From contig JAYVRB010000036.1 of the NCBI GenBank assembly GCA_043776675.1, forward strand, positions 220 through 64,219: a stretch of DNA of 64,000 bases. Reading direction: 5' to 3'. The position numbers were made by a program, and so were the translations under genes. Positions 26,098-33,625 of the stretch are shown here, one piece after another. Source of the stretch: a bacterium (GTDB lineage Bacteria > Patescibacteriota > Saccharimonadia > Saccharimonadales > UBA4665). The stretch's first letter is position 1. Every line of letters starts with the position of its first letter. The notes beneath the pieces were generated by a model. It was not told the origin of the DNA and ran no database searches. It saw only the letters and a program-made list of their open reading frames with translations.

Positions 26098-27420
26098 ATG
26101 CGCAAGAAAATTGCTATAGCCAAGCACAGATATAGTCGGTTTAGGTTTGTAAGAATCCCTAGACATGTTCAGCGTGTTAAAAAGGCGACAGCCAACCCGA
26201 GGAGCGTTCCGCTATACACTTTTGGATTTTTGATTATATTAACCTCACTCGTTTATGTAATCGCAAGACATACCAATACCTTGCCAATTACTAAAGATTC
26301 GATTTTTGTTATTGTTGCATATGACCGTGTTCAACAGACTATACCGACTCGCGAAAAGACCGTTGAAGGTTTGCTTAACAAAATGGGCATCAAATTAGGT
26401 CAAGGTGACATCGTCGAACCTGCACTATCAACTCGGATTGATCAAGATAAATTCCGAGTTAATATATACCGCGCTTTGCCAGTAGAAATCGTTGACGGCA
26501 ATACAAGGCTATTTACATTTAGCGCAGGCACTACCGCAAGAGCGATTGCGGATCAGGTAGGAAGTAAAGTCTACCCAGAAGATATCGTTATAGTTGTGCC
26601 AAGCCAAAACTTCTTATCGACGTATGCAATCGGTGAACAAGTTGTTATAGATAGAGCAACTCCTATAAGTTTGAATCTTTATGGTACTTCCTTGAACATT
26701 CGCACTCACGCTGCAACTATTCGTGACTTGATAGAGCAGAAGCTAATTACATTGGCTGCGGATGATGAAGTTAGTCCAAATATTGATACGACCTTGACCC
26801 CAAATCTACAAGTATTTATATCTCGACAAGGAACTAGAATTGAGTCTGTAACTGAATCGATTGCTATGCCCGTACAGACCATACTAGACAGCTCATTAGC
26901 ATATGGAACTAGCGCAGTTCGCCAAGCAGGGTCGGATGGATCTAAAACCACAACCTACCAGATTAAACTAAGTAATGGAGAAGTTATTGGAAGAACTATC
27001 CTGCAAACGGTTATTACTAAGCCTGCTGTTACACAAATCGTAGTCAGCGGCTCTAGCCTGAGTGGTATCAAGGGAGATATGGCGTTGGCTGGTATATCGC
27101 CAAGTGACTATTATTACGTTGATTTCATAATTAGTCGCGAATCTCGCTGGTGTCCTACTCGAGCTGAAGGCATCTACGGTACTTGTCCACCATACGCTGG
27201 CTTCGTAGCAGAGACCGGTGGATATGGTCTATGCCAGTCGACTCCGGGTAACAAAATGGCTAGTGCAGGTGCTGATTGGGCCACCAATCCGATAACTCAG
27301 CTCAAATGGTGTTCTGGATATGCACTAAGTCGATACGGAGGTTGGTATGAAGCTTATACGATTTGGCGTAAGCATGCTGTTCAGCGAACAGGAATTTCTG
27401 ACTATGGCGGTTGGTGGTAG
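26098..27420 (+). CDS. membrane-anchored DUF348/G5-domain cell-wall hydrolase (RpfB/YabE-like)
   Basis: N-terminal TM, repeated DUF348-like segments, G5-like segment (GSDGSKTTTYQIKLSNGEV), C-terminal lysozyme-like region (ISRESRW...GGYGLCQ). Confidence 0.65.
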   Translation: MRKKIAIAKHRYSRFRFVRIPRHVQRVKKATANPRSVPLYTFGFLIILTSLVYVIARHTNTLPITKDSIFVIVAYDRVQQTIPTREKTVEGLLNKMGIKLGQGDIVEPALSTRIDQDKFRVNIYRALPVEIVDGNTRLFTFSAGTTARAIADQVGSKVYPEDIVIVVPSQNFLSTYAIGEQVVIDRATPISLNLYGTSLNIRTHAATIRDLIEQKLITLAADDEVSPNIDTTLTPNLQVFISRQGTRIESVTESIAMPVQTILDSSLAYGTSAVRQAGSDGSKTTTYQIKLSNGEVIGRTILQTVITKPAVTQIVVSGSSLSGIKGDMALAGISPSDYYYVDFIISRESRWCPTRAEGIYGTCPPYAGFVAETGGYGLCQSTPGNKMASAGADWATNPITQLKWCSGYALSRYGGWYEAYTIWRKHAVQRTGISDYGGWW

Positions 27421-27462
27421 TTCCCAGAGCTCGCCGTTCAACCAAACTGGTACAATTAGACA

Positions 27463-28242
27463 ATGGATAATCTACCCAAGAAAGAACTCGGACAACACTG
27501 GCTAAATGATGAGCAAGTGCTAGAAGACATTGCTGCTAGTGCTGATATTACTAAAGAAGAGACTGTACTTGAGATTGGACCAGGACTTGGCACGCTGACA
27601 AAAGTTTTAGTGGGCCAGGCTAAGAACGTCGTAGCCATTGAATTTGACAGACAGCTTGCCGAGCAAATGACTTGGCGAGTTCCGGCTAAGAACCTAAAGA
27701 TTATCAACCAAGATATCTTAAAATTTGATTTATCATCGCTACCAACTGGATATAAAATCGTTGCCAACATACCTTATTACATAACCAGCAATTTAATCCG
27801 AGTGATTAGCGAGACTGATAACCCGCCATCACTTGTTGTTTTGCTAGTTCAGAAGGAAGTTGCTGAACGTGTGGCTGCTGAGCCGGGTTCGATGTCGATA
27901 CTCAGTGTTACGGCCCAGTACTTCTGGGAAGTCAGTCTTGGCAATATCGTTCCAGCCGAACTATTTACACCGCCACCTAGAGTTGATTCGCAAGTTTTGA
28001 TCCTTGAACGTCTTCCTAGCCTCAAACAAGATGGAGAAAAACGAAAAGATTTTTTCCGCTTAGTTAAGGCTGGATTTTCACAACGCCGCAAAACCCTACT
28101 TAATAGTTTGAGCGGGGGACTGGATCTGGATAAATCCAAGATTCAATTGATGTGCGCCGAGGCAGGAATTGATACTGGCCGTCGAGCTCAAACCCTTAGC
28201 TTAGAAGAGTGGTCCAAGCTATACGAAGCAATGGCCAAATAA
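27463..28242 (+). CDS. rsmA: 16S rRNA (adenine1518/1519-N6)-dimethyltransferase
   Basis: LGQHWL, SAM motif LEIGPGLGTLT, ANIPYYITS. Confidence 0.9.
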   Translation: MDNLPKKELGQHWLNDEQVLEDIAASADITKEETVLEIGPGLGTLTKVLVGQAKNVVAIEFDRQLAEQMTWRVPAKNLKIINQDILKFDLSSLPTGYKIVANIPYYITSNLIRVISETDNPPSLVVLLVQKEVAERVAAEPGSMSILSVTAQYFWEVSLGNIVPAELFTPPPRVDSQVLILERLPSLKQDGEKRKDFFRLVKAGFSQRRKTLLNSLSGGLDLDKSKIQLMCAEAGIDTGRRAQTLSLEEWSKLYEAMAK

Positions 28243-28275
28243 TACTTGACATGTTAAGTGTCGGGTATTACGATT

Positions 28276-28746
28276 ATGCTTATGAGTCCAGTTAATAACC
28301 TCAGCTATCTAGTCGATCACCTGGCCGCAGTCATCGGCAAGCAGTCTGACCAAGTCCTCCAAGAGCAACTTGGCATAGGTCTTAGTCAGTATAAAATTCT
28401 GATGGTTTTGGAATGGAATCCGCGCGTGCAACAAAAAACCATTGCTCTTAGCCTAGGTCAAACCGAAGCTAGCATTAGCCGTCAGATCAAACTGCTCAAA
28501 GTCAAAGGTTTGCTCTCAGCCCTACCTGACCCGCAGAATCGTCGTAAACATATCACGGTTCCGTCTACTCGAGGCATGCAAATTACTGAAGCTGCTGGAG
28601 GAATCTTACGAAGAAGCTTTGCGCCTGAATATTCTAAAATGGGCGAAGACCAGATGATGCAACTCATCACCGGCCTTCAGTCTCTACATAAAGTCATCTG
28701 TAAGCCTGGCAAGCTTGGTGCCTGCGACCACCCGCTCGGATTATAA
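28276..28746 (+). CDS. MarR-family transcriptional regulator
   Basis: Winged-helix region (LSQYKILMVL...QKTIALSLGQTEASISRQIKLLKVKGLL). Start is uncertain (28258 GTG, 28276 or 28282 ATG). TTGACA-17-TACGAT at 28246-28274 would make the mRNA near-leaderless. Confidence 0.75.
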   Translation: MLMSPVNNLSYLVDHLAAVIGKQSDQVLQEQLGIGLSQYKILMVLEWNPRVQQKTIALSLGQTEASISRQIKLLKVKGLLSALPDPQNRRKHITVPSTRGMQITEAAGGILRRSFAPEYSKMGEDQMMQLITGLQSLHKVICKPGKLGACDHPLGL

Positions 28747-28998
28747 TTACTTTTCTTTAGACTTGTGTTCTTTGATGGTGTTTTCGATACTCTTTTGTAA
28801 TTGCACAAGTTCTTCAAGGCTATTCATTCGTACGGCTGCAACTACATCGGCAAAGACTTGATTGCCGGTTTGTTTACGTACTTGGAAAAATGTCAGAGTC
28901 GGCACATTGTTAGTATCGTTGATGAAGATACCATTTCCATCAGCCGCAACAATCGGTGTCATATAGTTTAGTTCTAAATTGGCTGGTTCTGGATTCAT
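28747..28998 (-). CDS. hypothetical small protein (83 aa)
   Basis: ORF only. Convergent with the marR-like gene, with zero gap. Confidence 0.5.
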   Translation of the reverse strand: MNPEPANLELNYMTPIVAADGNGIFINDTNNVPTLTFFQVRKQTGNQVFADVVAAVRMNSLEELVQLQKSIENTIKEHKSKEK

Positions 28999-29013
28999 AA
29001 TCTAATTATAGTC

Positions 29014-29057
29014 AGTAATCAAAAAAGCACCAGAATAATCTGATGCATTTTTAGAGG
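29014..29057 (-). repeat. 44-bp direct repeat, copy A (contains a minus-strand intrinsic terminator)
   Basis: AGTAATCAAAAAAGCACCAGAATAATCTGATGCATTTTTAGAGG matches 30382-30425 at 41 of 44 positions. The minus-strand hairpin GCATCAGA-TTAT-TCTGGTGC is followed by TTTTTT. Confidence 0.8.
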
Positions 29058-29395
29058 TTCACCTAGTCAATAGTTTACCCCTATTGGTTATAGTAGTAAC
29101 TAGATGTAAGATTTACTTTCGATGCGTAACGTAGACTGTCAGACTGAGCTTAAACACTGAAAGAATTCTGTAGCTCGCTAGTGGTTATACGCCCACAAAA
29201 TTTGTTAGAAGTCAGGGACTCTAATGCTCAGCATCGTCTTCAGCAACAACAAACATATGATTTGCTTCAACTCCTGTAACGACAATTACCAAACAATGAC
29301 TCCTAAGATTACAGGAAGGTAGTGGAAAACATTATATAAATAGTAGGGTGCACTGTAATAATACGTGCACCTTTTTAAGGCCCGTATCGGATATT

Positions 29396-30244
29396 CTAGT
29401 TTTGTGACTTGTTTTTGCTACTAGCAACATAGCTGACACAAGCACCCTGATTCTTGAAGCTAATGCCATCTGCGGCAAAGGCAGTCTTCCAGCCTTCGTT
29501 TTTGCATGCGTCCTTAGCTACGACATTGCCGTAAGCAAAGTTACTCCAGTGTGCAGAGTAGTCTGCAATGCCATAGTTTTTGCTATTCAGTATAGCAGCA
29601 GATATTCTAGTGCTGTCCTCGTCTGGAGAGGTAGCAACTTGTGTGCCGTTAACACGGTATACAAACTCATTGGTAATACTATCATGAGTAATTGCAAGGG
29701 TATTCCAGGCCCCCTGGTTAACTGCTACACCTACGAGATTGACCCAGTGATCTACGCTCCAGTAGCGCCACCCTGAAGTTGAGTCTGTGCTGTATTCAAT
29801 TATCGGATATGAGCTTATTGAATCTGTAGCGTCATGACCAACTCCCCACAAACCAGCACGAACTGTTTTGCCTGCCCAAGCGCTGTCGACATAGATATCA
29901 GCCTTGATGCCATCACTGTCAGGAATGTCTCTCTGTAGACCCTCAGTTTTATAAAAATTACTCGAAGAAGCTAGAGTGTGGCTAAAGTTCATTTCAAGAA
30001 CATTGTTTCGTCCGCCAAAACTGACAGAGCCATAGCCACCTGTGGGTGAAGTACGGTCAGGAGACCACATTGAAACCTCGGCGATAGTGAATGATGTGGT
30101 CGCATAACTTACTGGTGCTGAAGCAGCATTAGCGTGACCAATGATTCCAATTGCCAGAAGTACACCTACAGTAGTCGCCATAACTACTTTTGACAATCTG
30201 CTATTTGAGTCACTAGTAGCATTTTGATAATAGGTACTTAACAT
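29396..30244 (-). CDS. secreted/membrane-anchored protein of unknown function (islet cargo)
   Basis: GGAGG, 8 nt, ATG at 30244. N-terminal hydrophobic anchor/signal (VVMATTVGVLLAIGIIGHANA), Trp/Tyr-rich probably beta-rich domain, and a Cys-bracketed C-terminal motif (CKNEGWKTAF...FKNQGACVSYV). Confidence 0.7.
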   Translation of the reverse strand: MLSTYYQNATSDSNSRLSKVVMATTVGVLLAIGIIGHANAASAPVSYATTSFTIAEVSMWSPDRTSPTGGYGSVSFGGRNNVLEMNFSHTLASSSNFYKTEGLQRDIPDSDGIKADIYVDSAWAGKTVRAGLWGVGHDATDSISSYPIIEYSTDSTSGWRYWSVDHWVNLVGVAVNQGAWNTLAITHDSITNEFVYRVNGTQVATSPDEDSTRISAAILNSKNYGIADYSAHWSNFAYGNVVAKDACKNEGWKTAFAADGISFKNQGACVSYVASSKNKSQN

Positions 30245-30381
30245 GGTGCATTCCTCCAATTAATTACTGACTCCAGCATACACCTATTAACAGTATATTT
30301 GAACTATGCTATTTTACAGTCAATCGTCTAGATGATTTAATCGGTTGACGCAATAATGTTTAGAATCCCTATGCTTCAATA

Positions 30382-30438
30382 AGTAATCAAAAAAGCACCA
30401 GAATAATCTGATGTATTTTCGGAGGAGCTGGCGGGTAC
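30382..30438 (-). repeat. 44-bp direct repeat copy B fused to an 18-nt duplicate of the tmRNA 3' end
   Basis: 30382-30425 matches 29014-29057. 30421-30438 (GGAGGAGCTGGCGGGTAC) is identical to 30598-30615. Confidence 0.85.
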
Positions 30439-30559
30439 CTGCAGCTTCGCTGCTTGTTCAGAAATTTACATATTACGAGCCAGCTCGTATCTGAAATTTC
30501 TCTTGCAGACTGCCACAGGCAATCTGCACCCTCTAGGGGCATTACCCTATTAACATATA

Positions 30560-30592
30560 CAAAAAATGCCCAACCCAGAAAGGGTTCGGCAT
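30560..30592 (-). terminator. intrinsic terminator of ssrA
   Basis: Minus strand reads ATGCCGAACCC-TTTC-TGGGTTGGGCAT followed by TTTTTT, immediately after the tmRNA CCA end. Confidence 0.75.
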
Positions 30593-30596
30593 TTTA

Positions 30597-30981
30597 TGGA
30601 GGAGCTGGCGGGTACTGCCCCCGCGTCCGTCAGTCTATCGAATGTTAGTCATCTACAGGCATAGTTCGTTTTAGTGTCTTAGAGATAGGATATCGAAACG
30701 AACAAACATCCCTATCTCGCAGTCTAAGTCTTAGCGACTAGTCTAGACGATACTAGTCGAGCGTCCAGAAAATATGACGCGCGGTTGCACTATCTGAAGT
30801 CATGCTTGGCGCGGCTCTAGGTATTAAGCTAAAGCTGGTGCGAATGCCAAACGCTGTCCGAGGACTTTGTTTACCATATCGCTTAGAGTAGATTTTGCAT
30901 CTATTCAAATTGCCTATACGCTGACAAGCGACCTGCTGATCTAACTGATAAAGTCCAACGTCGAGCTTAAAATTCAGCCCC
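30597..30981 (-). ncRNA. ssrA: tmRNA (transfer-messenger RNA)
   Basis: 5' GGGGCTGAATTTTAAGCTCGACG and 3' GGACGCGGG-GGCAGTA-CCCGCCAGCTCCTCCA. Acceptor has a G3:U70 pair. Internal tag frame GCA AAA TCT ... GCA CCA GCT TTA GCT TAA (30898-30824) sits after an AATAGAT context like the classic resume site. Confidence 0.9.
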
Positions 30982-30990
30982 GTGAGCAGG

Positions 30991-30999
30991 ATTATAACA
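30991..30999 (-). promoter_or_regulatory. extended -10 promoter (TGTTATAAT) of ssrA
   Basis: Minus strand reads GTGTTATAATCCTGCTCAC immediately 5' of the GGGGCTG mature end. Confidence 0.5.
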
Positions 31000-31246
31000 C
31001 TTTTGTGCGATAAACACTAGGGGTATATTAATGGTAGAGATTGTAAATCATAGAACGGGTAGTGCTCGGAAGTTTTCTCCTCTAAAAGTCATTTGCCACT
31101 CCGTATTTCGCGTAACTAGTTAGTCGGATATCGTGGCGCAGTAGATCTAAGAATAGTTAGTTTAATACGGCTAAAAGAGCTATCCAATTATAGATAACAG
31201 TTGAAACAGAGTATAATAAAATTACGTATTAACTAGGGAGTGTGTG

Positions 31247-31303
31247 ATGTCTAAAGACAAAGGACGCAAAGAAGTCAAAAAGCCAAAGCAAGCTAAGGCT
31301 TAG
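31247..31303 (+). CDS. possible 18-aa highly basic peptide (MSKDKGRKEVKKPKQAKA)
   Basis: GGGAG, 7 nt, ATG. A TATAAT box at 31212-31217 lies upstream. Too short for statistical support. Confidence 0.3.
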   Translation: MSKDKGRKEVKKPKQAKA

Positions 31304-31313
31304 TTTGAGCATA

Positions 31314-31553
31314 ATGCATCAGCAGAGTCCAACCAAAGTCGTGTTCATGACACAGGACGCTATTATTAGCGCACTTGAAGAGATGGAAAACGACTTAGGT
31401 CTAGACACTAAGTCTCGACCAGCCAAGGGTGTGCTGATAGCCGCTGACTTGCCATCGTTCCGCGCAACTCACCTGCTCTATCTCAAAGAACACCCCAAGG
31501 TTAATCCTGCTCACTATCTGTCGAACCTCAAGGCAATGATCAAGTTTCGATAG
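31314..31553 (+). CDS. hypothetical protein (~80 aa)
   Basis: ORF only. Start ambiguous (TTG 31305, ATG 31314 or ATG 31347). Confidence 0.5.
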   Translation: MHQQSPTKVVFMTQDAIISALEEMENDLGLDTKSRPAKGVLIAADLPSFRATHLLYLKEHPKVNPAHYLSNLKAMIKFR

Positions 31554-31561
31554 TTCTAGAC

Positions 31562-31590
31562 TTGACTTTGACGGAATATCGTGCTAATGT
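31562..31590 (+). promoter_or_regulatory. putative sigma70 promoter of the DEAD-box helicase gene
   Basis: TTGACT, 17 nt, TAATGT, giving a ~100-nt 5' UTR. Confidence 0.5.
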
Positions 31591-31699
31591 AATAGTATTG
31601 TTTAAATGAATCCGGGTTTGTAAAGCCTAAATTACTCGATTTCATTACCGACAATCGAGAATAATAATTTAAGTAATAACCCAAAGGATTCATTTTTTT

Positions 31700-32905
31700 A
31701 TGTCTTCATACAAATATTCAGTGTATAAATCTAATAACCGTAACTCAGTCCGATCAGGTGGCGGTGGAGGCCGCAGTGGAAACCGTGGTGGAAAGCGCCG
31801 TGGTGAATATATCGATCCACAACGTTTCATCCGCCCAGCAACTATTCAAGAGCAAGAAGAGTATGTATCTCACCATCGTTTTGTAGATTTTGCGCTAGAT
31901 CCTATGCTTCAAACTAATCTGACAGCTAAAGGTTTTGATGTGCCTTCACCTATTCAGGACCAGACAATTGCTCTAGGTCTTGAAGGTAAAGATATCATCG
32001 GTATTGCTAGCACCGGCACAGGTAAAACTGCTGCTTTCGTATTGCCTATTATGCAAGCTCTGATCTCTCGCCAGCAAACCAAGGCTCTAATAATCGCTCC
32101 AACTCGTGAGCTAGCTCAACAAATCGAGCAAGAGTGCCGCGTTTTAGGTAAGGGAACTGGTCTAACCGGTGCTTTACTTATCGGTGGTACCAGCATGGGT
32201 CCACAACTTCGTGACCTACGCAATAATCCTCGCATCGTCATTGGTACACCAGGACGTATAAAAGACCACATGGAACGCAGCACCCTCAAACTCGAACACT
32301 TCAACCTGGTTGTTCTAGACGAAGTTGACCGCATGCTAGACATGGGCTTCATCATTGATGTCAGTCACATTTTGAAGGCTATGGCTCCTGTGCGTCAGTC
32401 ATTCTTCTTTTCAGCTACTATGGATGCTAAAGTTAAGAATTTGATCGCAACTTTCTCGCACGAGCCAGTAACTATCTCTGTAAAGAATAGTGAAAGCAGC
32501 GAGAACGTTAACCAAGATATCGTTCGCTACATGTCGCCACAAGATAAGATGGACAAGCTTCACGATATTTTACTCAAGCAAGAAGTCGCCAAAGTTATTG
32601 TCTTCGATGAGACTCAGCGCAGCGTCGAGAAACTTAGTAATGAGTTAATCTCACGTGGTTTCTCAGCCGATGCAATTCATGGTGGTAAGTCACAAGGTCA
32701 ACGCCAGCGAGCATTAGATAGCTTCAAGGCTAGCCGTACTAAGATTTTGGTTGCTACTGATGTTGCTGCGCGTGGTATTGACGTTGCTGACATCACTCAT
32801 GTCATCAATTTCACCCAGCCTCAGTCATATCAGGACTACATCCACCGTATCGGTCGCGCAGGACGCGCAGGACGTATCGGCCACGCTCTTACCTTCGTAA
32901 ATTAG
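31700..32905 (+). CDS. DEAD-box ATP-dependent RNA helicase
   Basis: Q-motif region, motif I ASTGTGKTAAF, PTRELA, motif II VLDEVDRM (DEVD variant), SAT, HRIGRAGRAG. Gly/Arg-rich N-terminus. Confidence 0.9.
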   Translation: MSSYKYSVYKSNNRNSVRSGGGGGRSGNRGGKRRGEYIDPQRFIRPATIQEQEEYVSHHRFVDFALDPMLQTNLTAKGFDVPSPIQDQTIALGLEGKDIIGIASTGTGKTAAFVLPIMQALISRQQTKALIIAPTRELAQQIEQECRVLGKGTGLTGALLIGGTSMGPQLRDLRNNPRIVIGTPGRIKDHMERSTLKLEHFNLVVLDEVDRMLDMGFIIDVSHILKAMAPVRQSFFFSATMDAKVKNLIATFSHEPVTISVKNSESSENVNQDIVRYMSPQDKMDKLHDILLKQEVAKVIVFDETQRSVEKLSNELISRGFSADAIHGGKSQGQRQRALDSFKASRTKILVATDVAARGIDVADITHVINFTQPQSYQDYIHRIGRAGRAGRIGHALTFVN

Positions 32906-32982
32906 ATTTTAGGGTTGGATTCCCGACACTAAACTCTTAACACATAGCCTAGCCAGCTAGTTCTTAATTATTTCTTAACTGC

Positions 32983-33011
32983 TTGTAGTTAAGGTAGTTA
33001 AATGATATACT
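32983..33011 (+). promoter_or_regulatory. putative sigma70 promoter of the RRM-protein gene
   Basis: TTGTAG, 17 nt, TATACT, giving a ~110-nt 5' UTR. Confidence 0.45.
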
Positions 33012-33127
33012 GCAATTACTAGAAAAGCCGCTAATAACGTTTTGTTAGGTTCTAGATAATAATAAAGATGTTCTTGAGGAGCGGCTAACTGGTTTGCCAG
33101 GTTACCTCTAGACGTATAGGAGTACTA

Positions 33128-33463
33128 ATGGCAACCAAACTATTTGTAGGATCACTATCGTGGAATACGACTGATGATCAACTAAAGGACTTTTTCTCAA
33201 CTGTAGGAACAGTCGCATCGGCCAGCGTTATCGTTGACCGTGAGACAAACCGCAGCAAGGGCTTCGGCTTTGTAGAAATGTCAAGCGACGACGAGGCTAA
33301 GGCCGCTGTCGACCAACTAAACGGTAAAGAGTTAGATGGTCGTGCAATCGTTGTTAACGAAGCTCGCCCCCGCGAAGAGCGCCCACGCGGTTCCTTCGGT
33401 GGTGGAAACGGTGGTGGAAACGGTGGTGGCTACGGTGGCGGCAATGACCGCAACCGCTACTAA
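33128..33463 (+). CDS. RRM-type RNA-binding protein with Gly-rich tail
   Basis: RNP2 LFVGSL, RNP1 KGFGFVEM, C-terminal GGGNGGGNGGGYGGG. Confidence 0.9.
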   Translation: MATKLFVGSLSWNTTDDQLKDFFSTVGTVASASVIVDRETNRSKGFGFVEMSSDDEAKAAVDQLNGKELDGRAIVVNEARPREERPRGSFGGGNGGGNGGGYGGGNDRNRY

Positions 33464-33482
33464 GAGTAATCTTAATTAGCCC

Positions 33483-33516
33483 AAAAGACTCCTAGCAATA
33501 GGGGTCTTTTGTTTTT
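33483..33516 (+). terminator. intrinsic terminator after the RRM-protein gene
   Basis: AAAAGACTCCT-AGCAAT-AGGGGTCTTTT followed by GTTTTT. Confidence 0.75.
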
Positions 33517-33625
33517 ATTAAATAACAGATTAGAATTGCGTCATTATATATAGCTAATCACTTAAAAACGTAGATTTCTATGTTAAATTTTTATTTACAT
33601 CTAAAAAACAGGTAAACTATAAGCG

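Larger units (their letters stand above)
29014..30596. mobile_element. decayed integrated islet(s) downstream of ssrA, bounded by nested direct repeats; no integrase left
   Basis: Leftwards from the intact tmRNA 3' end (30597): a 158-bp insert, an 18-nt copy of the tmRNA 3' end (30421-30438) fused to repeat B, 1.3 kb carrying one gene, then repeat A. Confidence 0.45.

Noticed and set aside
29347-29376. Strong hairpin GGTGCAC-N11-GTGCACC followed by TTTTT on the + strand inside the ssrA islet
   Set aside because: It is oriented as a + strand terminator but no + strand gene or convincing promoter precedes it. On the minus strand, after the cargo gene stop, it lacks a U-tract. It is possibly a relic, and support is not enough to call a feature.
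30454-30648. 64-aa + strand ORF
   Set aside because: It lies antisense across the tmRNA 3' end and the islet remnant, so it is explained by the RNA gene.
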